Origin: Lama glama
Taxonomy: Eukaryota
Assembly (NCBI GenBank): GCA_028534125.1
Contig: CM052816.1
Span: 25,422,001 to 25,486,000, forward strand
DNA length: 64,000 bases
Direction: 5' to 3'
The notes beneath the pieces were generated by a model. The model saw only the letters and a program-made list of their open reading frames with translations, made no database searches and was not told where the DNA came from. Position 1 is the stretch's first letter. Every line of letters starts with the position of its first letter. This document shows positions 53,369 to 64,000 of this stretch, one piece after another. The position numbers were made by a program, and so were the translations under genes.

Positions 53369-53530
53369 ACGAACAAGTTTATACTGTTTAGCACAGGGAA
53401 CTATATTCAATACCTTATCATAACCTATAATGAAAAATATGAAAACGAATATATGTGGGTATACATATGACATACATTATACTATACACCAGAAACTGAC
53501 TCAGTATTGTAAACTGACTATACTTCAATT
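53369..53530 (+). mobile_element. Short young L1 3' end
   Basis: tagcacagggaactatattcaatacc...tgtaaactgactatacttcaatt, the reverse complement of the end of the L1 at 62051. Confidence 0.9.
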
Positions 53531-54430
53531 AAAAAGAAAGAAATAGCACCAGTGAAAAAAAGTAAAAATTAATATTTTTTAAAAAAGAATTCAAGAACAA
53601 AGGAAGAGAGCACATTGTTTATTAAAAACTGAAAATCACTGTTTTCATGTCATAGGGAAACTGTTATTTACCTCCTAAAACCATGTCATTAATGAAGAGA
53701 GAGAGATGGGGGAGGAAATATTGGGAGAGAATTCATCTAAAAGCATAGGTTTAAGGTAAAAACTTCTTGAGATGAAGTAGGCTGGTGTCAGATCAACCTG
53801 AAATTAAGAGAGTTGAAATCCTATCCCATCTTTACTGTCTCCATCACAAGGAGAACCAATGTTAGACCAATGGAGTGTTGCCCTGGAAAAAGATACTTAT
53901 GTACTATACTTCATAGAAGTAATCTAGCAGACTCTCACAACTGGTTAATAGTAAATTGGTTATTTGGAATGGGATGTTTACAACCAATTAAAGAGAAATA
54001 AGTCATCATCTCATTAACTAGCTCTAATTTATATTTTCTTTAAAGATAGATGCATAATCATCAAAGCTTTTGGATACAGTGTAGGTTTAAGGACTCGGTG
54101 AGAAAAGGGCTAGACTATTGTTTCCCTTAAGGACCCCTGTTTTGTTTTTCTGTATGTTCAAAAGGATTTCTCTGTAGGAATGGATATTTCAGGACCCGTG
54201 TAAAATGGAATGCTCTCTCAATAGGCATGCTTTATTTTTGAAGTGATAGAGTCTGGTCAACACTTGACACTTACCAGATAAATAATAAAAAGAGGAAAAA
54301 AGATATAATAAAAAATGAGACACTTGTTTGGGCTGTGCTTCTCTGCATACATCATTAAGACCATCTTGAGCACCATGGATTTGTAGGCGATAGTCCTATG
54401 TCAAGACTGTGGAGGATTTGAAATTTCCAT

Positions 54431-54690
54431 CTGTTTGCCATCAAACAAGTTAACCTGGCAGAACATGAGACTCCCAGGGCCAAGACAAAGGACTTTATTA
54501 CCCACAGTACAGCAAACAGAATGAGCCTCCAGCACGGAGGTGTGTCCTGCTGTGTGATATTCAGCTGGACTTTGCTTCTTTGATGGTGGACACCACCTTC
54601 ATTCACCTGAATAACAGACTTTCAAGACAGTTGCCAATGGGCCATGGGGAGCTGCCTGGAAACCAGGTCTCTGTAGATCACCTTAATCAT
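54431..54690 (-). mobile_element. ERVL LTR fragment (MER73/MER74-like)
   Basis: aagacaaaggactttattacccacagtacagcaaacagaatgagcctcc. Confidence 0.55.
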
Positions 54691-55984
54691 TTCCAAATAT
54701 CTTGTCTAGGTCCTAGTGCAGTCATCTTTTATAAAAATCTTTTTTTCAAGAAAATCACTGTGCTTTTTCAATTTCAGATAACATATAGTATGATTGTATT
54801 TTAAATCAAAGCTCTCTCCTAAGCACTTGAGTTATGGAAAACAGCAGCTTACACAGGCTGGAACTTCAGTTAGCAGCACTCGGGTCTATGATACTACCAT
54901 GTTCTTTACCCATAATCTTTTCCATCAACAAGGCAGTTAAAACAGTAAACCCCTGGAAGATGAAGAAACTAGACTCTGAAGAGGTTATTAAGTTGTTCAG
55001 CTCCTTTACCATTCAGTAAATTATCTCACCCTCTATAGCTGAGTCATTAACTCACTAAGCTGATATACTGAGATTCCATCCATGAGCAAATTACTATCCT
55101 GGCCCCTGATTATTCCTCCGTGATTAAGGCTGGGTGACCACAGTCAGAGAACTTACTGCTTAAAAGGAGAAGGCAGTTTTAATATTGCACCTGCCAGGGT
55201 CAATGCACAATGTGAGGTGTTCCCGAATACCATGTAAAGTAAGATTCTTTTGCTTTCATGTAACAGAAAAAGTCAACTCACCTTGTTTAAAGTTTAAAAT
55301 AAAAATGCATCAGCAGCAACAGTTCGGTAATGCCATCAGGAAACCAGATTCTTTAGGTACTTAATACAGTGTTTTTAAAAATGTCTGGCATCTAGTAAAC
55401 ACTCATTAAATCTCAGCTATTTTTAATACCTAACACACTTTCCCCCAGACTCTTAAATAGTGGATTTATATATAAAGTAAATGAGAACACAGTGAATTTT
55501 GCCCAGGGAATGAGAAACAGATTTTACAGAGAAAATTATATTTAAGTAGGTTCTTGAGCTTAGGAAGATGATTGCTAACTAGATAAGGAAAGTGTTTTAG
55601 GGCAGAGGAAGCAACATGTACAAGGCAAGAAAGCTTGAAGGCCAGAGAGACTGGTTAAATAAATGTGGTTCTTCTGTACAATGGGAAAATAAGCAGCCAT
55701 TGAACAGAATAAGATAGAATCCATGTATTAACCTACTCATGAATGGAAAATTAGGGTTAGACAACAGTATGCAGAGTAGGCTCTCATTCAGTTCTTAGTA
55801 ACTGCAGTGTTCAAGTCATTTATTATCACGTCAGTTTTTTTAGATGAGAAATTATATCATGGAATTGGGAATTAGCAAATTGTTTATTTTTATAGGAGAA
55901 ATGGAAGATGATGAAATGGAACTAGAAATGGTATTAGACTATATGCTATACTAGAGAATTTGAACTTTATGCTCTAGATTAGAT

Positions 55985-56212
55985 TAGGAATTGGCAACTA
56001 CAGCCCATGGGCCAATCTCAGCCCAGCAGTTGTTTTTGTAAATAAAGTTTTATTGGAACATAGTCACTCACAGTCATTTTTATGTGGTCTGTGGCTGCTT
56101 TTGCACTGCAGCAGCAGAACTGAACAGCTAGTTGTGAGAAAGACTCGATAGCCCACGAATCCTGGAATATTTATTACCTCAAACTGTACAGAAAAAAACC
56201 TGCTGACGTCTC
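55985..56212 (-). mobile_element. MER58A hAT-Charlie MITE
   Basis: tggcaactacagcccatgggcc...tgtttttgtaaataaagttttattggaaca; flanked by ctctagat / ctctagct. Confidence 0.88.
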
Positions 56213-56459
56213 CTCTAGCTAATGAAAAGAGATCAAAGTAGAGGGTGGCATCATCAAATCTGTTTATTAGCAAGATAACACCAACAGAGCCTGGGAAACA
56301 GATATGAAAATGTTAATTGTAATAGCTCTGACAAACTTTTTACTCTGTCTTATGGAAACTTCTCAATAATCCTCACACCATTCTACAAATATATACAAGA
56401 ATTCTTGTATCCTTTTTATGAAATAGGAAAAGGGAGAGCAGACCAGATAGCTATTATGT

Positions 56460-56625
56460 GGTGCTCCCCTAATAGAACATAAGCTCCAAGAGGAAAGGGA
56501 CTTTGTGTTGGTCACTGTTCTGTCTCCAGCACCAAGGACAGTGTCTGGCACATGATCAGGCATTTAACTAAAAAAATATTCATAGACCAAATGCAAGAAG
56601 GAATCAATGAATTAAAAAATGAATT
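56460..56625 (+). mobile_element. L2 3' end
   Basis: taagctccaagaggaaagggactttgt...ccagcaccaaggacagtgtctggcacat. Confidence 0.8.
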
Positions 56626-57802
56626 GGTGGAAATTCATATGGGAGTGGAGGCAGCCTCTCAGAGTCATCCTGCAGAATCAGCCATCCCAACTCTGTATCC
56701 TCATGTCATCTTAGGAGCTAGGAAACAGAAAAACCAACCCAGAATCCACAGACTCTCTTTTAGCCCAAGGCTGTCTCCTCTGTATTCTACCTGAAAAGAG
56801 TTGTCACTTCATTTGTCTACCAATTTGCTTTTGTTGTGTAGCATGACCTATTTTCTTCCAATTTCTCACATCTAGTTCATGTCTCCTCTTTAACTTCAAG
56901 CCGTTCTGTGGGCCTTCCCATTACTAAAGGGATTCCTCTCCCCTCAGCAGGTTGCCCTCCATCACCTGTCCGGTAGACAGGCTTGAGTGTTGTCAAACAT
57001 TGCTCTTATACAGTTTGCATCTAGTTCTTGGTCTTTCCGCTGCACGAGCCCTTGAAAGCTGACAGGATGAATTGCTTGCTTTCTGAATATTAATGTTTAT
57101 CTGCCTTCAGATCTCACCATCTGCTGTGACTTGGAAGCTCAGGTAAAGTACGTTTTTTTCTCCTTCTTCCGGTTGCTCAGCCTCCTGCAGGTATTGCCAA
57201 TGTCTCTGTCCTCTCTCTCTTCAGACATCGTCTGCTTGGAACTGATGGGGTTTATATTGAAATTGATGGGTGTGCATGGTGCTTTTCGCCTTCTGGGCTG
57301 TCATTCTTTGCATGGCACAGATTCAATCTGCCCACTGAGGCCTTACGTAAAGGAAGCAAAAGCATCTGTAAAATCAGAGTCAGCTGTGTTCTTTCTTCAT
57401 TCCACTTATCTATGCTTTCACGGTACTACTTTCTCTAGTTTCTAAGCCAGAGGTGGCAGGTGGTAGCCAGACCTCTTTGGTTTATCCTGAAAGTGACTCT
57501 GAACTTGAAAATTTGATTTAAACAATGGAACCCCGTCTTCTTTTCCAAATTTGAAAGAAGCGGTACCCTGGGGCTTGTGTTTCTCTTTGGTGAAAACAGG
57601 CAGGAGTAGAGGAATGGCTTCTCAGCTGCATTCTTTTGATGCTGTTCCCACTCTCAAGTTTCCCCCAGTGTCACCACTCCTCCAATCTGCCTTTACAGCT
57701 AATCAGCATAAAGTGTTTATAGTTGCTCTTTATGCCTGGACTTTATAGTTTGAGCTTTTTCAAACTCTGGTGTAAAGCCAAGTTTCCAAAATCCTTTTAG
57801 AG

Positions 57803-58020
57803 AAGGGTCAGTAAACTTTTTCTCTAAAGTGCCAGAGAATAAATATTTTAGGCTTAGCAGGCCATATGGTCTATATCTCAATTACTCAACTCAGCCATTG
57901 CAGAGTCAAGGCAGCCACAGGCAAAACCAAACAAATGAATGTGGCTGTTTCAATAAAACTTTATGTACAAAAATAGGCAGCAAACAGAGTTGGCCCATTT
58001 GTCATAGTGTTCTGATCCCT
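57803..58020 (+). mobile_element. MER58A hAT-Charlie MITE, opposite orientation to the 55985 copy
   Basis: gggtcagtaaactttttctctaaagtgccagagaataaatattttaggctt...caataaaactttat. Confidence 0.88.
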
Positions 58021-58754
58021 ATTTTGGAACATCACCTCTGATTTTGAAACATCTCACATGCATCACTCTATATTATCCAAGGAAGAGTCAAACTGTATTT
58101 AATTAGTACAGCAGCTGGTACAATCTGGTTCCATACTGATTCAATGAGTTTATCTCTATGAATGTGTATTAACATGTGATCTCAGCAGCTCCAATCAAAT
58201 TTTTTTAGAGGGGCCTGAATTTGTCTTCTAGATTTTAAGCATTTATGGCTTTTTATGAAGCCTAATAAAATATTATATAGGCACTACTAGATACTTTAAA
58301 CATTGTTTACATGAATAAATAATAGACCCTAATGAAACCAGTGCTGAAGTTATTCCCTGGTTCTAACACTATTCCCTTGGGAGCTACATTATCTGATTTA
58401 AGTCACCATAGAGCCATTTAGCATACTATAACAGTAGACAAAGTCACTTAGTACCCTCCCAGCAACCATGTCCCCCAAGACTGTCATGGCCCTGGGGAAA
58501 TATTTGTCTCATCTGTCTCGTATTTGTTTAGTATTCTACATCAGTTACAATAATACAGTAAAAACACAACTAAATCTTCCTGGAGATACTTCTTGACAAA
58601 CTACTATGTTCCAGTGCCAGGTGATAGATAGACAGACAGACAGACAGATTGATTTTATATATATATATATATTTATGTATATATATATGATTTTCAGAGA
58701 ATGAGAAACTGTATATTTGTACACATATAGTCATATAATAATTTTATGTAATTA

Positions 58755-58890
58755 TTCCATATTTAATCTCTAATTCTTAGAACACCTAAACTTACAGATG
58801 AGCAAACTGAGGCTTAGATGTTAAGCAGCTGGTCCAAGTTAAGAGAACTTCAATATCTTGCTTCTCAAGCACATGCTTTATCACTCTGTA
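58755..58890 (-). mobile_element. MIR fragment
   Basis: ttacagatgagcaaactgaggcttaga..ttaagcagctggtccaag. Confidence 0.75.
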
Positions 58891-58954
58891 ATAGTTCTTC
58901 GTAATAGTATGTTTTCTATATTTTTGTTGTTGTTCCCACACACACTAAAAAGAA

Positions 58955-59213
58955 CTATGTTTCTGCTGAGGGATTCTTTGGATGAGATTGATGTTTAAAT
59001 TGGTAAACTTTAAGTAAAGCACAATGTCCTTTATAATGTGAGTGGACCTCATCCAGTTATTTGAATGCCTAATAGAAAAAAACTGACCTATCCCTGACCC
59101 CTCACCCCTGAGCAAGAAGAAATTCTGCCAGCAATGGCTTTCAGACTTGCACTGCGACATCGGCTTTTCCCTGGGTCTCCTATTGGTATCTCTGGAGAAC
59201 TCTGACTAATACA
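58955..59213 (+). mobile_element. ERVL LTR (MLT2-like), internally deleted
   Basis: tggatgagattgatgtttaaattggtaaact...tgtgagtggacctcatccag...tctctggagaactctgactaataca. Confidence 0.85.
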
Positions 59214-60387
59214 GTTCTATGAATTTTCTGTAATATTCTTTACCATTCTCAATGCCCTGCACTGGCTCAGGTCGCAATCTTTTGATGTACAGTTAGTCTT
59301 TCTGCTTCTAATTTCTTCAATTCCCAATATGGAATTAGGTCAGGAGCTCCCAAATGCCTTCAGAATCAAATTTAGTCTCCTTGGCATGACATTGATGGTC
59401 CATCACAATTTGGGGCCAGCTTTCCTGACCAGTCCCATCACCCAGTGTCACCACAGCATTCCATGAACTTGTCCTGCTTTCACACCTCTAGATCTTAAAA
59501 CTGTTTTTGCCATGCTTTTTGTGTTGGGAAATATTCTTCTAGGCATCTGAGCAAGACTTCCAATAAACATGTGTACAATCAAGCAGAAGTTGAAGATTTT
59601 GTTTCTGGCCTTTAGATGGTCTCATGAGTTAAAAGCAAGAAAAATATTCAACCTTCCCTAAGAATCCTTTCCTTATCTCTATGGATCATATAAATCCATA
59701 TATGCCCGTTAGAGTTAAAGAATAATAAGTTGCAGGTAAAACAATAAATCATCTATTTGCTCAGTAAGCACACTGACAAGGCACAATTTTGACTGTTTTT
59801 TCATTCACCCAATGTTCTTCACTTAACTGACACAGTATCCCAGTTATGTTTTCACGGGTAGCCACACCTTCAGCAAAGAGATGATGTGAGACAGGGGCCC
59901 ATAAAATTTCCAGGATAATTTGAAGTCTTTTGTTTCATGTTGTATTGAATTTTATCACACTGATTTCTGACTACCTGTCATGAATGTTTCTTTTGTTCAT
60001 TAGAATGTAAGATTAGAGTTGCTTTCAAATTCCCTTTGGTGAATTGTTAAGAACTGTGAAATGTTATCAAAAGGTCACTGAAATACATGCGCCAGTAGCT
60101 ATTAAAGTTAATAGACAGAAAGGCCGATTCTATATCTGGAAAATGGCCCAGTCAAGAATGCAGATACAATATCACCAATATCCATTCATGCAGCAAAAGA
60201 GACTGAGTTCCTCTCCACTTTGCTAAGTCTAGGAAAATAAAAATGAATGTGACATACTCTCTACCCTTAAGGAGCTTATAGTCAAAGGAAGAAAACAGAT
60301 TAATAAACCACAGCTTTCTGTATTGTAAATAACGCTTATGAACCTAGAAGAAGGTGTGCATCAACTTAGTATTAAGAGAGGCCCTAC

Positions 60388-60520
60388 AGCAGGGAGGGTA
60401 TAGCTCAGTGGTAGAGTGTGTGCTTAGCATGCACGAGGTCCTGGGTTCAATCCCCAGTATCTCCATTTAAATAAACAAACAAACCTAATTACCTCACCGC
60501 TCAAAAAAATTTCCTTTAAA
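60388..60520 (+). mobile_element. tRNA-Ala(AGC)-derived SINE copy 3
   Basis: 72-nt tRNA-like head at 60394-60465; tail aaacctaattacct; perfect TSD aagagaggccctac (60374-60387 / 60521-60534). Confidence 0.95.
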
Positions 60521-60946
60521 AAGAGAGGCCCTACCAAGAAAGGAAACACAAGTGATTTTGAGCTGAGTCAGAGGGTTTCACATTGTTGAAAATTCAGCTT
60601 GCTTTGAAGAACTGAGTCTCAAAGTGAGGTCACTAGACCACAGAAACCTGGCCTTGCATGCTGGACAGGGACCCATGTCTTGGGTTTAGAATGTATTCTA
60701 AAGAATTATTTTTCAAAAGGGGTATAGAGAATTCTATCAACCTGTGTATTTTAACATTGCCTTTGTTATTAGCTCTACCATAATATTTCTCATTCACTTG
60801 AATATTGAGATTCAACATTATCTCCTGCAATATTTGTGTTTGTTACTAATTCACCTCATTTTAATAGCAGATTTGTAAAATATCTATATAAGAGGATGAA
60901 AAATTATGGATTGTTTTAAATGCTTAGTATCTATTGAAAGCACATA

Positions 60947-61260
60947 CAGGCATACTTTGGAGATATTGTAGATTTGGTTCCAGACCATTGCAATAAAGAA
61001 AATACTGCAATAAAGCAAGTCACACAAGTTTTTTGGCTTCCCAGTGCTTACAGAAGTATGTTTATACTATACTATAGTCTATTAAGTGCACAGTAGCATT
61101 ACATCTTAAAAAGAAATGTACATACCTTAATTTAAAAATACTTTATTGCTAAAAAAAGAAAAAGATAACCGTTATCTTACAATGCAGGATTGCCACAGAC
61201 TTTCAGTTTGTTTAAAAAAGAAGCAGTATCTTTGAAGTGCAGTAAAATGAGGTATACCTG
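60947..61260. mobile_element. Tigger1-derived MITE (TcMar), internally deleted
   Basis: TIR ends caggcatact / ggtatacctg; TA on the left, CA on the right; ggagatattgtagatttggttccagaccattgcaataaag. Confidence 0.9.
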
Positions 61261-62050
61261 CATATTGAGCATTTACTTATGTTTAGCATTGATTAGTTTT
61301 TCCTAATATGTGTATAAGCATTTGCAGTATTATCTCATCAAATATATCACTTGACTCTCATAGCCCTCTGGTAGGAGAAAATTACTCAGGAACTTTTTAT
61401 TTTTTATTCTACTACAGGTTGAAAAATCCTGTGTTTATTACTTTCAGATTTCGATCAGTTGGGTTCAGCGCATGACTACAAATTGTCCCAATTATTCAGG
61501 GTTTTAATCCATTTTACAAAGGCTTGCCTAATGCATTGTGGTTAACAACTAAATGAATCAAACTAATAGTCTGTCCAAATATGAATCTCTGAAGAATGTC
61601 TGTGCCTCATTTGAATATGAAGCTTTTGTTAATCATTGTTCACTCATTCGGTTCTCAAATGTGCCTCCTCCTTAAAATTATCAAGAAGATATTTATAACA
61701 TTTCCTTGATCTTGACCTGCTAAACATTTGCCAGAATTTCTGTGTGGTGAGGTTGTAGGAATCCATTTTGTTTTTAATCCCAAATTATTCTAGAGTAGAG
61801 ATGATTGCATTGACCCAGAGCATAACTGGTAGTTTTCTCTATTTGGTGTCTAATTGAAAGCCAGTTCCTTGCTCTGCAGCTGTAGCCAACTTGTTTTTGA
61901 CTTTTCTTTCATGCAATTACCTACTGCTTAAGGAGAACTCCTTTTAATATGGCTATTACAAAGGAATACTCAAGCATATACCCTTATGGAATAGTAAACT
62001 GTAAATTGACATTTCCCATTTCTCAACTGAGAGTATCATTAAATCAAAAG

Positions 62051-62904
62051 TTTTTTTTAATTGAAGTATAGTCAGTTTACAATGTTGTGTCAGTTTCTGG
62101 TGAACATCATAATGTTTCAGTCATACATATGCATACATATATTCATTTTCATAGTTTTTCATTATAGGTTACCACAAGATAGTGACTATAGTCACTATAG
62201 TGCTATACAGTATAAACTTATTGTTTATCTAATTTATATATAGTACTTAGTATCTGAAAATCTCAAACTCTCACTTTATCCCTTCCCACCCTCTTTCCCT
62301 CCTGGTAACTGTAAGTTTGTGTTCTACATCTGGGAATCTCTTTCTGTTTTGTAAATAAGTTCATTTATGTCTTTTTTTTTTTTAGATTCCACATATGAGT
62401 GACATAATATGGTATTTTTCTTTCTTTTTGTGGCTTACGTCACTTAGAATGATGATCTCCAGGTCCATCCATGTTGCTGCAAATGGCATTGTTTCATTCT
62501 TTTTATGGCTGAGTAGTATTCCATTGTATAAATATACCACAGCTTCTTTATATAGTCATCTGTCGATGGACATTTAGGTTGTTTCCATGTCTTGGCTATT
62601 GTAAATAGTGCTGCTATGAACACTGGAATGCATGTATCTTTTTGAATTAGAGTTCCTTCCAGATATATGCCCAGGAGTGGGATTGCTGGATCATATGATA
62701 AGTCTATTTTTACTTTTTTGAGGAATCTCCATACTGTTCTCCACAATGCGCCAAGCTACATTCTCAACAATAGTATAGGAGGGTTCCCTTTTCTCCACAC
62801 CCTTTCCAGCATTTATCGTTTGTGGACTTTTGAATGATGGCCATTCTGACTGGTGTGAGGTGATACCTCATGGTAGTTTTGATTTGCATTTCTCTGATAA
62901 TTAG
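62051..62904 (-). mobile_element. Young 5'-truncated L1 (ORF2 C-terminus, 3'UTR, poly(A))
   Basis: ORF 62444-62746(-) WRTVWRFLKKVKIDLSYDPAIPLLGIY...TWKQPKCPSTD; TSD cattaaatcaaaag (62037-62050) / cattaaatcagaag (62905-62918). Confidence 0.96.
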
Positions 62905-64000
62905 CATTAAATCAGAAGCTTTAAAACAATATATTAAAACCATGTCCTTCTACCATGGTAACTTTTCTCTTTTGTTATTTTATGTTGGAATTTTAGACCT
63001 CTAATATTATTTTTATGGAGAAAATTCTTAAATTGGAACTGTTGTCACTTAAAGATAGATGTATTTTTTGTTGTTGTTCTCATATGATCCATTTAAACTC
63101 ACCATCAGAGTGAACTATGGACTCATTTTGGGAAGAAAATATATCCCATAGACCATAATTCCCCAAGATCTTTATTTATTTGATTTCTGCTCCCTGGGAT
63201 CACGGCCTCATGACATGCAATTCTCAGTTCTGTGAGCCTCCCAGGAAATAGCATTCATGAAAATCATTTCACAGCAGACTTCAATGCCAACCCAACAATA
63301 AAATATTCCAGCTCATTCTCACACTGAAGGCAGCCATGGACAGCCACTGCTCTTTTCTTTTTACATTGAAAAGACATCTTTTGGTAAAGACATCAAAGAT
63401 ATCTGCAGAACAGACTACAAAGCAACCTCTTTTTAATAGAGATGTCCTTGGATGTCAAACTCCAATATAATCTAATTGGAACTTGAATAATTCCAGCTAC
63501 TAGAGATTTAGATTCTAGCAACACATAAATCCCTGCAATTCCTTTTTTTTTTCAAATGGAGAAGTAATTTTGAATATAAAACTGGAGGGAATTCACACCC
63601 ATTAACTGTAATCTTCAAAGCACCTGGTTCTTCACTTCTCTCAAAGCCAACCATGAAATCATCCCTCTTGTTGTCCTAGCAGGAGGGAAAATCCTCCACT
63701 TTAGTTGTTCTCTGTTGAGTCCCTTTCCACCCTTGATTCTCTGTACCTTAAAACCCTTTAATTCCTTCCTCTACCAGAATCCCACCTTATTCCCCTTAGC
63801 TCTGAGTGTGATGTGTTTAGTCATCCTTCAGGCTACATCAAGTTCCACTTTCTTTGGCACATGGAGGGAAAACTTTTGATTCAAGGAGGAGCCACTACAA
63901 GATACTCAGAATTTTGCAGATAGATTTCTTCCTAGCATATCTCCTGTGCTTTACAATGTGAATTACAAACAAATAAGCAAGCAAAAACAAAACCAAAAAT

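Larger units (their letters stand above)
53072..53584 (+). mobile_element. tRNA-Ala-derived SINE copy 2, with expanded purine tail and nested L1
   Basis: Head ggtataggtcagtggtagagcacgtgcttagcatgcac...ggattcaatcccc; TSD aagaattcaggaac (53058-53071) / aagaattcaagaac (53585-53598). Confidence 0.9.

Noticed and set aside
53131..53473. Low-complexity ORFs (poly-FLS, poly-KER; also CV/TH repeats at ~3.1, 28.6, 40.8 and 49.2 kb)
   Set aside because: Translations of microsatellites.
60394..60465. Functional tRNA-Ala(AGC) genes (also at 28104 and ~53078)
   Set aside because: Each has an A-rich tail, TSDs and decay in stems or B-box, so they are SINEs rather than tRNA genes.

Overview
AT-rich, CpG-depleted eutherian mammal DNA (intronic or intergenic). 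I found no recognisable host protein-coding exon, true RNA gene, CRISPR array or prokaryotic system. The long ORFs in the track are L1 remnants, antisense frames of repeats or microsatellite artefacts. Three tRNA-Ala(AGC)-derived SINEs, cetartiodactyl-type L1 ends, a Tigger1-derived MITE and the absence of recognisable Alu, B1, BovB/Bov-tA, PRE-1 or CHR elements point to a camelid host (inference). Most features are transposon fossils: L1, L2, MIR, MLT1/MLT2, MER34- and MER74-like LTRs, and MER33/53/58/91 MITEs. Family names come from remembered consensus sequences and boundaries of old repeats are approximate. The best find is a 2.7-kb chimeric retro-insertion (44820-47510) bounded by a single 16-bp target-site duplication (TSD). 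It joins an L1 5'UTR and ORF1, broken just before ORF2, to scrambled antisense L1 pieces and an ancient L1MC1-like 3' end that supplies the poly(A) signal, which makes it a candidate 'half-L1' (HAL1-like) non-autonomous element. Other notable items are a 5'-inverted L1, several nested insertions, and a TE-poor block (~35.7-44.4 kb) with CpG-retaining, motif-dense segments and candidate exons.
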